64,000 nucleotides of DNA from an uncultured Bacteroidales bacterium (GTDB lineage: Bacteria > Bacteroidota > Bacteroidia > Bacteroidales > Bacteroidaceae): the NCBI GenBank assembly GCA_902798425.1, contig CADBWR010000005.1, positions 12,579 through 76,578 on the forward strand. Reading direction: 5' to 3'. Positions 52,514 through 61,032 of this stretch are shown one piece after another. The notes under the pieces are model-generated. The model searched no databases and was not told the DNA's origin. It saw only the letters and a list, made by a program, of their open reading frames with translations. How positions within the stretch are numbered: position 1 is the first letter of the stretch; every line of letters begins with the position of its first letter. The translations under genes and the position numbers were made by a program.

Positions 52514-52686
52514 CCTGAATAGTCGAGCTGACTCCTCTCACCCTGTGTTATCTGTAACCTATTCTGGACGCAGTCCTTCTCTCCACCGGCATTACCGTTG
52601 ATAGAGCATATTTCTTTACCATTCGTCGTTTGACACTTTATATCGTTTTCCACCCCACTTCGTTTCAAAAACTTTTCCTTTTCCAT
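52507..52686 (-). CDS. hypothetical 59-aa protein (below ORF-track cutoff)
   Basis: Hand translation gives MEKEKFLKRSGVENDIKCQTTNGKEICSINGNAGGEKDCVQNRLQITQGERSQLDYSGW. Its TAG overlaps the ATG of 52280..52513 (ATGGTAG). Confidence 0.3.
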   Translation of the reverse strand: MEKEKFLKRSGVENDIKCQTTNGKEICSINGNAGGEKDCVQNRLQITQGERSQLDYSGW

Positions 52687-53063
52687 GTTTCACCAACAGT
52701 CTATCTTTTGGGATGACAGCCTAAAGTATGACACGTGTTCTGGCGTTGCTCTCAAAGCTGTCTGCATACGGCCTGTCCATCTTATCAAGATTGGTATTCA
52801 CTTTTATTTTTCTGGGTGAGCGTGACTTATTTTTCCGTTGCGAATTTAGCACCAGCGCCATTTGGCAAGTACCAGTCGTAAACCTCCTTATCCCTGCAGA
52901 AAATTCTCAGCAGCCTTCCGCATTTTCTTCTTAACGGACAAGTCCTAAAGGAAATGGGGTATTCCGTGAATTTTCCTTAGTATTCCTTGACCGTTGCATG
53001 TCTTCTTCTGGTTTGCTTTGTTTTGCACGTAAAAATTAAGTTTCACTCTAAAAAATAAAAATT

Positions 53064-53387
53064 ATGAATACCTTCAATGATTTTCAGATTACAGCTCGTC
53101 TCACTGCAGATGCTAAGATTACCAAGTTCCAGAACACTTCAGTTGCTCGCTTCGGCGTAGCTGTCACCCGTACGGAGAATGTAAACGGTGAGGAAAAGAA
53201 GGTCGTAGGTTTTATGAATCTCGAGGCATGGCGTAAAAATGAAAAAGTTTCAGACTTCGATAGTTTGAAGAAAGGTCAATATCTTTTCATCCATGGAGTG
53301 TTTAAACCAGTGGAATACGAAAAGGACGGTGTCAAGCACCATGTGATAATCCTTACGGCCAGCAGCTGGGAAGCCCCCTTTGACTAA
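53064..53387 (+). CDS. ssb: single-stranded DNA-binding protein-like (OB fold)
   Basis: ARLTADAKI...ARFGVAV...FMNLEAWRK...LKKGQYLFIHG pattern of SSB OB folds. Short protein ending in PFD. Confidence 0.7.
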   Translation: MNTFNDFQITARLTADAKITKFQNTSVARFGVAVTRTENVNGEEKKVVGFMNLEAWRKNEKVSDFDSLKKGQYLFIHGVFKPVEYEKDGVKHHVIILTASSWEAPFD

Positions 53388-53395
53388 TACAATCC

Positions 53396-53420
53396 GGAGG
53401 GTAAGCGAACCCTCCTTTTT
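53396..53420 (+). terminator. intrinsic terminator after ssb
   Basis: GGAGGG-taagcgaa-CCCTCC followed by TTTTT. Confidence 0.7.
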
Positions 53421-53439
53421 AACTCATAAGATGCAAACA

Positions 53440-54640
53440 TAAAATACTTTGCATGAAAGGGGCCAGATGTGAATCTCGCCCTTTTTTTCCATGTTTCTGA
53501 ATTTGTCAGGTTTTTGTCAGAAACAGCCGTTTTCTGGGTATACTCTCGAAAAACGACCTCACAGGAAGCCCCAGGAGGGCATAATGGACAGTCGGTGAGG
53601 TAATTATACCTCCTAAAATCGGGCGAAACGAAAAATATTGACACCCGATTTTCGTATCATATCTGCTTACCTCTGTATCATTTTTGATACATAAATCCAT
53701 CAGCCGTGCATACTCACTCTCGGTACTGCCCCATTGACGGACTCGGCCCACTCCTGGCAGCATGCTAAAGCACTATCCCTGTTCACTCCTGGCAGCTCAT
53801 GGAGCTTTGGTCGCCAACATGGATGGTACGTCAGCAGCTTTGGTCGCCGTCCGTTGTCTGTCAGTGTGGCCGCTGGGTCGCCAGTACTTCTTTCTGATGT
53901 GAATCTACACTTCCGCTTGCATCCGACACCGCTATTGGCTCTTAATCTGCCTGAAAGTTCATGAATATCTCTCTTCGGGGGTTCCGGCTCGACGGACACC
54001 ATTCTGCTCTGCAACCGTAGAGTAACGTCACGTCCTGATAGCGGACGGCGGTCTGCTCTGTTAAGGGAGAATGTGCCTGGTACAGTCACACACACCCTGA
54101 ACAGTGGTTCATACATCTTCATTCCTCGATGTCTGCACCACCGCAAAACGCTGTCTGCTGGCCGTAACATCACACTCCTTATTGCTGGGCTGAATGGCTA
54201 TTCCTGTTTGTCACCCTACCTTGCGAGATGTCCACGGACTTTCCTGTCAGGATCCACTGGTGACAGCCGGATGCAGCTTACTGAAGAAAACCGTCAATGC
54301 TTGACGGAACCCCAAACGGGATGAGAAGTCTTTTCTGATTTATCTTCGTCCTTTCCAGTATGCTATTTTCACCTCATGGGGTTAGCTGAGTTTTCGATGG
54401 AGTCTTTTTCCTTGCAAAGGTAGGACAACCCGGGGAAACACCAATAAACAAGCCGATGGTTCTGGGACAAATTTTCCGGCAGCCTTCCACAGATTGTGCC
54501 AATCTGGGTATTCCATAAAATTTCTCGCAGAATTTCTTGGCTTATCCCCCTTGAAAGTTGATCCTGATAACCTGGCAAGAAAAAGGACTCAAAACTCAAC
54601 TAAGTCGATGACGACTGAAAATTGAAAGCACACCGGCAGA
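53440..54640. other. about 1.2 kb ORF-free, GC-rich, repeat- and hairpin-rich segment (candidate large structured RNA or ssDNA regulatory element)
   Basis: Only short overlapping Arg-rich ORFs on both strands. Hand-counted 60-nt lines reach 63% GC against about 42% in the relaxase gene. Exact 13-nt direct repeats CACTCCTGGCAGC (x2) and AGCTTTGGTCGCC (x2). Many 6-9 bp hairpins. Confidence 0.4.
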
Positions 54641-54686
54641 CTTGATAAGAAAAAACTTCAAAAGAAGAAAGGATCTAAAATCTAAC

Positions 54687-54971
54687 ATGCCGATAACTTC
54701 AACAACAGCGTCAGAAACAATACTAACTATAACCGATGCCGACGGAATACAAACAGGCAGCAAAGATATGAAACAGACAGTTGAAAGATTGCAGAAGATT
54801 GAGAACCAAATGGAGACAATCGGCGAGAACATCCGCAAGGAAGGCCAAGTGTACCGTGCCGAACTGGAGGAACGCCAACGTCTGGGCCTCCATGGGGAAG
54901 CAGCCATCAAGCACTACAATGAATGGATGAAGAAATACGGTATGGGGCACTTAATGGTTAAGGAGGACTGA
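54687..54971 (+). CDS. hypothetical coiled-coil protein
   Basis: First gene of a tightly packed plus-strand operon. Helical, charged sequence. Confidence 0.55.
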   Translation: MPITSTTASETILTITDADGIQTGSKDMKQTVERLQKIENQMETIGENIRKEGQVYRAELEERQRLGLHGEAAIKHYNEWMKKYGMGHLMVKED

Positions 54972-54973
54972 TT

Positions 54974-55198
54974 ATGACACCGGAAGAGTATATTGAAAAG
55001 CTGAAGGAGGTGCAGCGCACCCTTGACAGTGTAAAGGAAGATCTTGACCGTGCCATCGACAGGATGCAGCGACGTATCGAGACGGGTTATGAACATCTGG
55101 AGAAAGATAGCCGTCTGGCAGCTCTGGCGGGACGTGAATACGTGAAGATGGCTGACAGTACACTTCTGGAAGTAGGAACAGCTAAAATAGAATACTGA
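54974..55198 (+). CDS. hypothetical coiled-coil protein
   Basis: Starts 2 nt after the previous stop. Helical, charged sequence. Confidence 0.55.
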   Translation: MTPEEYIEKLKEVQRTLDSVKEDLDRAIDRMQRRIETGYEHLEKDSRLAALAGREYVKMADSTLLEVGTAKIEY

Positions 55199-55199
55199 T

Positions 55200-55322
55200 A
55201 TGGGACATTTAACAGATTTTGAACTGATACTCGTTGGAGTGTGTATCACTCTTTTCTGCTTCGGCTTCAATGCCTTTATCAAGAATGTATATCTGAAGGG
55301 CTTTAATTCTTCTAAGTTATGA
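55200..55322 (+). CDS. 40-aa single-TM micro-protein (below ORF-track cutoff)
   Basis: Hand translation gives MGHLTDFELILVGVCITLFCFGFNAFIKNVYLKGFNSSKL. ATG lies 1 nt after the previous stop, and its TGA overlaps the next ATG (ATGA). Confidence 0.4.
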   Translation: MGHLTDFELILVGVCITLFCFGFNAFIKNVYLKGFNSSKL

Positions 55323-55597
55323 TTACTGCTTATGGACAGGAAAGGGCTGTCGGGGAAGTCTGGATAGACACCATCGACGGAGCCAAGGTTATCACCGTTG
55401 CCGATGATGGGTGCAAGGACTGTGCTTTTGCCACTCATGCCGGTGGTGCCTGCCCAGGAACTATATACGACCGCCATCCCTGCAGTGCTACAGACCGCAA
55501 AGATGGACAGGACGTATATTTCAAATTGATACATTATGTTCCGGAGGCTAAAGCACCGGTACTGAGGATGACACCATTTGGCATCTTACATCTTTAA
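55319..55597 (+). CDS. hypothetical Cys-rich small protein
   Basis: 92-aa ORF with five Cys, coupled to neighbours. Confidence 0.5.
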   Translation: MITAYGQERAVGEVWIDTIDGAKVITVADDGCKDCAFATHAGGACPGTIYDRHPCSATDRKDGQDVYFKLIHYVPEAKAPVLRMTPFGILHL

Positions 55598-55608
55598 TGC
55601 TTTAAACT

Positions 55609-55707
55609 ATGAACAGGACGGTGAATATAGTGTTGCTGTGGACTACAAGCCTTGCGCTTGTGGCAGATCTTTTGTTCGTGGCCTATCTGATGATGGGTAT
55701 GATGTAA
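55609..55707 (+). CDS. 32-aa single-TM micro-protein (below ORF-track cutoff)
   Basis: Hand translation gives MNRTVNIVLLWTTSLALVADLLFVAYLMMGMM. Fills the gap before the HNH gene. Confidence 0.3.
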   Translation: MNRTVNIVLLWTTSLALVADLLFVAYLMMGMM

Positions 55708-55719
55708 TTACGGACCGAT

Positions 55720-56019
55720 ATGGCAAAGAAACACTCTATCCTTAACAAGACAGCAGGACACTGCGCCTATTGCGGATGCACCCTCAATGTGCAGAATATG
55801 ACCCGAGACCATGTTGTGGCCAAGTCACGGGGCGGTACCAGTGATATCGACAACCTTATGCCTGCCTGCAGATCATGTAATCTCCTAAAAGGGGATGACA
55901 CCTTGGACTCTTTCCGGCTTCGGTTCTTCTGGGACACCCTGCACCCGTCAGACCTTGTCACATACGACTCCATGGTAAAGGCCATTTCTAAGAAGAAATT
56001 CTACTTTGAGGGTCGTTAG
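55720..56019 (+). CDS. small HNH endonuclease
   Basis: CAYCG...DHVVAKSRGG...NLMPACRSCNLLKG (CxxC...H-N-N/H...CxxC). Confidence 0.85.
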   Translation: MAKKHSILNKTAGHCAYCGCTLNVQNMTRDHVVAKSRGGTSDIDNLMPACRSCNLLKGDDTLDSFRLRFFWDTLHPSDLVTYDSMVKAISKKKFYFEGR

Positions 56020-56054
56020 GTTGACCGCCGTCCGCTATGTCGCGCGCAGCTTCC

Positions 56055-57254
56055 CTACGGTCGCTGCCTCCTGATCACTCCAGCCTTATACTTGCTATCG
56101 ATGGTCGGATTCTCAAATGTGCCTGGTGCGTAGTACTGACAGTCACATGATACATACTTCCTGCCTATCTGACTGGTGTGCTCTGCCATCTGATGGCCAC
56201 ACGAAGGACATTCATGCTTCACTCTGATTAAATAGAGCTGGTCTGATTCGTTCAATGGCTCACCTCTTATGATCTTGTTCTGGATGGCGACGTATGTCAT
56301 TCCTGATGACTGCATCGTCATACCTTCCCTCGCTGGTTCCGGTGATGACTCTTCCTGTCCAACCGTTACCTCTCCCTGTGGCTGAACTGTCGGAACAGTT
56401 GTTTCTTCCGTCATGGTGGTCTCACCTTCTTTGGAACTCTCACCAGTTTTCTCTTCCTTGGCGGTCTTCACCTTTGGTTTTGCGTCAGACTTGCGCTTTC
56501 TTGATGCTGGTGCCGTCTGTAGTTTCGCAGTATATTTTTTCCAGACAGCTTCGTAATCGTATGTCTCTGGATTTTTCTCTTTGTCTTTTAAAAAATCCTG
56601 CAGAACCTTAATGTCGTTCAGTATTCTCTCCTTCATGCCTTCGTCAACATGAAAATTGGGAATTTGATAAATGAACTCGATAGCCTTTAGAAATTCTTCT
56701 TGTTCTATTTCTTTAGTACCGTTTCCACTTATCCTAATGTTATATTGGCTGTTGTCGATGAGTGGTCGAACATCGCTCCAGTCGCTCAAACCAAACTTTG
56801 TAATCGCTGTTGCAATTTCTTCTGGTATCATATGATCTTCTCCCTGAAGGTCAAGATGCCACATCAGGTGAATACGAGTACATTGTATGCGTGACTTCCG
56901 ACGCTTCAAGATTCTGTTGACGGCATCAATGAGATAAACAGGCTTTGAGTCGGCGGCATTGTTAACAGGTAAGCTCTCCAGATGTTTTTTCCACCGTTCG
57001 CGAAACTGCTCCATGTGTCTTTTATCGACAGGTCGAACAGGAACAGATTTTGGAATGGTAAATCTGTTAATCAACTTTATCAGTTGCTCTATCCTATTAT
57101 CTGGAGCAAGACTTTCTTCGACAGAAATTGCACCCTTCTCTATGAATTTTTCATAGGCACGACTGACAGTCAGCCCACATAACTTTTTCAGATTGTTGAT
57201 AGTGTAGTCTCTTACCTTCTTGTTGCAAGGTATCTTTATTCTTTTTTCTTCCAT
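56055..57254 (-). CDS. hypothetical protein with C-terminal zinc-ribbon, divergent from the mob operon
   Basis: Start at MEEKRIKIP. Low-complexity K/E/T linker. CPSCGHQM...CDCQYY resembles topoisomerase-type C4 ribbons. Function unknown. Confidence 0.65.
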   Translation of the reverse strand: MEEKRIKIPCNKKVRDYTINNLKKLCGLTVSRAYEKFIEKGAISVEESLAPDNRIEQLIKLINRFTIPKSVPVRPVDKRHMEQFRERWKKHLESLPVNNAADSKPVYLIDAVNRILKRRKSRIQCTRIHLMWHLDLQGEDHMIPEEIATAITKFGLSDWSDVRPLIDNSQYNIRISGNGTKEIEQEEFLKAIEFIYQIPNFHVDEGMKERILNDIKVLQDFLKDKEKNPETYDYEAVWKKYTAKLQTAPASRKRKSDAKPKVKTAKEEKTGESSKEGETTMTEETTVPTVQPQGEVTVGQEESSPEPAREGMTMQSSGMTYVAIQNKIIRGEPLNESDQLYLIRVKHECPSCGHQMAEHTSQIGRKYVSCDCQYYAPGTFENPTIDSKYKAGVIRRQRP

Positions 57255-57325
57255 AGTTATACGCTTTTGTTTTTTTTCAACAAAGGTACACATATATATA
57301 TTTATCGCTGAAAAAACAACATAAA

Positions 57326-57590
57326 ATCTCTTGAATTAACCATTTTAAGACTTGGCTTGTCGTAAAATAGTTAATTCAAGAGATAGAAGCTCTATTTTTT
57401 CGAAAAAAAAGAGAGACAAAGTACCTTTGCTGTAACTCAAATGAGTTAGGCGAGTAGTGGCACCATTCCGGAATGTCACACTGACGTGCGAAATTCCGAT
57501 GGTTCCCGACTCGCCCCAGAAGGGGATAGCGCACCCTCTGTATCGGGTGCTTTCTTCATTAACGTTATACGAATTTCTAATATTTAAGAA
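57326..57590 (+). promoter_or_regulatory. candidate oriT / mob promoter and structured leader
   Basis: Perfect 15-bp inverted repeat ATCTCTTGAATTAAC / GTTAATTCAAGAGAT (57326-57340, 57370-57384). TAccTTTG at 57422-57429. 12-bp palindrome CATTCCGGAATG (57464-57475). GCACCC/GGGTGC hairpin plus TTTCTT at 57531-57556. Lies directly upstream of the relaxase operon. Confidence 0.45.
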
Positions 57591-57592
57591 CT

Positions 57593-58309
57593 ATGAACGA
57601 AGGAAATATTATCAATTCTGCGCTTGCTTCTTTGCGCGAAAAGAAGACAGATAGACGCGAAAGAAGAGTAGAGTTCTTGACCCCATCATCCTCCATGAAG
57701 GAGGAAATGATAGCGCGAGCAAACAATGGTTTTGGAAGGCCTGGTTATAGTCTTTCGCGCATGTTACGATACATCTATCTACACATGGATGACGGGTGTG
57801 GTATCGACCTCGACTGCGTTGACGAACTAATAAAAACCATCAAAGATAATCGCTCACAACTCGATAGAATAGACATCTTCTTCGAGGAAATTCTTCGAGA
57901 AACGAACCGTATCGGAAACAACATCAACCAAGTCACTAAACGGGTAAATCTTGAGTCGTTGATTGCCAAGGAAGAGGGTACACCTGAATATGAACTTGGG
58001 AAAAAGTTGCTGGATATGATTAAATATATCCAGTACTATCAGGACGAGTTGCTGGAGAAAATTAGGTCGTTTACTGCTTCAATGACTCTAAATAGAGAGA
58101 CTTTGAAGAACGTGTTAGGTGGTGAAGACGAACTACTGACACGTTGTCTCGTGTTTCCAAATGCTGGCGAAAAAGAACAACAGTATAAAGTCCTTATCAG
58201 AAAGATAAAGGATTATATTGGTGGGAACAAGGAACAATATCATAATATGACTATTGGCCAGCTATTGGCAGAATTGAATGAGAAAATTGAAAGTAAAACA
58301 AAGCAATAA
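57593..58309 (+). CDS. MobC-like relaxosome accessory protein
   Basis: NRIGNNINQVTKRVN matches the MobC-family GxNxNQxA/T+ motif. Precedes the relaxase. Confidence 0.7.
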   Translation: MNEGNIINSALASLREKKTDRRERRVEFLTPSSSMKEEMIARANNGFGRPGYSLSRMLRYIYLHMDDGCGIDLDCVDELIKTIKDNRSQLDRIDIFFEEILRETNRIGNNINQVTKRVNLESLIAKEEGTPEYELGKKLLDMIKYIQYYQDELLEKIRSFTASMTLNRETLKNVLGGEDELLTRCLVFPNAGEKEQQYKVLIRKIKDYIGGNKEQYHNMTIGQLLAELNEKIESKTKQ

Positions 58310-58320
58310 ATATATATAAT

Positions 58321-60897
58321 ATGGAACGTGGAATAGTTAAAATGCTCGGTAACGATGCCACTACGTTTGCGGCATGTTTCTACAACGAAAAGAAGGTGGC
58401 AAAGGGCGAAGCCAAACTCCTTGAAATGCGAAATTTCGGTGACTTGCAGAAGTATGGCATACATACTCCTGTAGTTACAAGTCGTTACCTGAGAAAGATT
58501 GCCGACCAGAATCCGGACGTGAAACATCCTCAGAAACATATTATGTTTTCACTTCCTGGCAAGCCCACGGAAGAGGAAAAACAGCAGCTTGTAGATCATG
58601 CAGTAAAGGTCTTAGATATGCTTGGGTATAAGAACCAGCCTATTCTTGTCTATTCGCACAATGATACTGGCTATTGGCATTTGCATTGCGTCACTGTAAC
58701 AGTGAATCAGACTACTGGTGAATGGATAGACAACTATAAGGAAGGGAGAAAAGCCAGACATTATCTTGATGAACTTCGAGGTGTCAATGCACCTAAGACC
58801 ATCGAAAACTATCTGGACTATAAGTTTTCATCCAAGGAGCAGTTTCTCAGCTTGCTTCGTGCCAATGGCTATCCCAAGTCTTTCTTTGACGACGAACTGG
58901 AAGTCGTTAATGTCGTCCGAAATGGGGACGTTCAACATATCTTCACGTTTCAGGAAATTAGTGAGGCCATCGAAAGGAACAAGAAATATCTGGAAGAGTC
59001 CAAGGATAGGATAAAACAACTTCATAGCATGATTCTTGACAGACGTCAGCGTTCAATGAAGTATCTCGTAGAAGATCCTGACGTGAAGATAACCAAGGAT
59101 GGAAAACGTCATACCGTAACCGAGAGATTACGTGACGTTCGTGGAGCTGCATTCGAGGGTGACAAGGGATTTGGGGAGGAGTATAAGAACCTCACTGGAC
59201 AGGAGGTTAAGGGTATTCGCAAGGCTCAGTTTAAGCAGTTCCTTGAAGAACTGAAAGAACAATTGGGAATATCCATTATCTTTAACCAGTGGAAAGATGG
59301 CAGCACAAGAGGATATACACTAATTGACCATCAAACAAAGTCAGTCTTTAAAGGCTCAGACATCTTACAGCTTGACAAACTGCTGAATCCTGACTGGAAG
59401 AAGGGAACGGAAAAGGACTTAGTTCTATCTGCCGATGAAGCAAACGAAGCCACTCATAAACTGGTCAATTCTCCAACCTTGGCTGAGGATATATACGATG
59501 GTCTGGCTAATATGGGAATAGAAGTTGAAAGGCTGTCGGACTCTGAAATCGAGGATATAGCGATTGAATATCAGGAGGAAGAGGAAAATCGGCGAATGGC
59601 CGTCTCTCTCTTGACAGAGCTGAGGAAGGAGTATACACCAGAAATTTCTGAATATGGGGAAGAATATAAACAGTTATGCGAAAAAGGACAGGATGCCTAT
59701 AATCATGCTTTAGTGGCAGAATATCTACATCAATTGGAACAGAACAACGAACAGGACGAAGATGAAATGAAACTGCGTGACAGAAAAGATTTTGATAGCC
59801 TGAATATAGGTGAATATATAGAGGATGTACTGGAGAGATACAAAATATACGATATAGCTGGCCACTATGAGCTGTCGAAAGAAAACGTTGATGAAAAGAC
59901 TGCTGTTGACAGAGCATATGCAAGCCTACAACTGTCTTTGCAGGCAAATGAAAAAGGTGAAATAGCTGAAGCCCGACAGAAAGCAGAAGAAGCAGTAGCA
60001 TACGCCCGACATGCATATGATTTACATGAGAATCCGAAGCTATTGCAGAGAGAGGATGAGTTGGATGATGGGAGTAAAATGCAATCCAACGAACAGTATG
60101 ATTTCTTTCTGCCATTTGTTGATGTTAAGCCGCATATATATCAATATAAGGGCGAAGCATATATATCAGCAATGATTGACGGCGAACAATATGATGGCCG
60201 GAAGATGAGCAAAGAACATTTCTATCACTATAACTATAGTGAAGAGCAACAAAATGTAGGGATGGCACTTGCCTGGCACTACTTCTCGGATGAAATACAG
60301 GAAAGACAACTCTATAACTGGAAACAAGAGCATTTTAAGGTGGGCAAGATGCCAGAGGGCGTAGAACTTGAATCTGCTAAAGATTACTATGACAACACTT
60401 CTCAATCTTTTTATTGTGCAGCAAATTTTGTTTTCTCCAATGGTGACAAACTGTACAGAAATAGACCCTATACTAAGGAAGAATATCACGAATTAAAGAA
60501 GAATAACTATACGCCAGAACAAATGGCATGTAGAAAATATGGTCCAGAAATTGTCGGGGATTTGGAAGTAACTGATTCTCTGAGTATCAACAGTATCAAA
60601 GGAAGGCTATTTGGAGAGATGGCAGACCCAAATTCATTTAAGGGAATAGAGGAAACGGTGGCAGCTTTCAATGACTTTGCTGGACAATTGTGTGGGAGTT
60701 TTAGCAGGGTATGCGGAGCATTCGCAGATGCATATTTTGAAAGCATCGGTGCTGCAGCTGGTGCTGGACATGGTGGAGGTGGACAGGACACTGGCAGATG
60801 GGATGGTAAGAACAATGATGACGAGAAGAGAAAGCCATTCATCCTTGGACATATTCCCACAAGGAAGTCTGGACGCGGAGGACATGTAGGACATTAA
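58321..60897 (+). CDS. relaxase/mobilization nuclease with long C-terminal extension
   Basis: N-terminal relaxase fold with HNDTGYWHLHCVTVTVN (HxDx3-4HxH...N metal motif) and an N-terminal Tyr region (FYNEKK). Gly-rich basic C-terminus. Confidence 0.85.
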   Translation: MERGIVKMLGNDATTFAACFYNEKKVAKGEAKLLEMRNFGDLQKYGIHTPVVTSRYLRKIADQNPDVKHPQKHIMFSLPGKPTEEEKQQLVDHAVKVLDMLGYKNQPILVYSHNDTGYWHLHCVTVTVNQTTGEWIDNYKEGRKARHYLDELRGVNAPKTIENYLDYKFSSKEQFLSLLRANGYPKSFFDDELEVVNVVRNGDVQHIFTFQEISEAIERNKKYLEESKDRIKQLHSMILDRRQRSMKYLVEDPDVKITKDGKRHTVTERLRDVRGAAFEGDKGFGEEYKNLTGQEVKGIRKAQFKQFLEELKEQLGISIIFNQWKDGSTRGYTLIDHQTKSVFKGSDILQLDKLLNPDWKKGTEKDLVLSADEANEATHKLVNSPTLAEDIYDGLANMGIEVERLSDSEIEDIAIEYQEEEENRRMAVSLLTELRKEYTPEISEYGEEYKQLCEKGQDAYNHALVAEYLHQLEQNNEQDEDEMKLRDRKDFDSLNIGEYIEDVLERYKIYDIAGHYELSKENVDEKTAVDRAYASLQLSLQANEKGEIAEARQKAEEAVAYARHAYDLHENPKLLQREDELDDGSKMQSNEQYDFFLPFVDVKPHIYQYKGEAYISAMIDGEQYDGRKMSKEHFYHYNYSEEQQNVGMALAWHYFSDEIQERQLYNWKQEHFKVGKMPEGVELESAKDYYDNTSQSFYCAANFVFSNGDKLYRNRPYTKEEYHELKKNNYTPEQMACRKYGPEIVGDLEVTDSLSINSIKGRLFGEMADPNSFKGIEETVAAFNDFAGQLCGSFSRVCGAFADAYFESIGAAAGAGHGGGGQDTGRWDGKNNDDEKRKPFILGHIPTRKSGRGGHVGH

Positions 60898-61032
60898 CAA
60901 TAGTTCATACTTGTCTGCCAGTGGTTGGAGAGTGTTAAGAAGTCATAAACAGACAATCCTTCTTGTTTTTAGCATCAAAAAACACGCCAAAAATTTGGTG
61001 GTTTCAGAATTTTTTTCGTACCTTTGCAAATG

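Noticed and set aside
53431-53455. Possible promoter in the palindrome ATGCAAACATAAAATACTTTGCAT after the ssb terminator
   Set aside because: The box reads TACTTTG, with one spacer base instead of two in TAnnTTTG, so it is not a clean consensus match. It is kept only as a weak possibility for the start of the 1.2 kb segment transcript.
53700-54173. 157-aa minus-strand ORF and other 76-86-aa ORFs inside the 1.2 kb segment; also tested for stop-codon recoding
   Set aside because: The translations are Arg/Pro/Ser-rich nonsense with no motifs. Frames overlap on both strands. Stops of all three kinds interrupt every frame, so a recoded-stop gene does not rescue a long ORF.
29071-61026. Shared 14-19-nt string (T)TTTTCGTACCTTTGCA at 29071, 30185, 50355 (minus) and 61011, considered as a dispersed repeat
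   Set aside because: It is the local flavour of the Bacteroidota -7 promoter consensus (TAccTTTG plus flanks). It also occurs in front of ordinary core genes, so it is not evidence of a mobile repeat.
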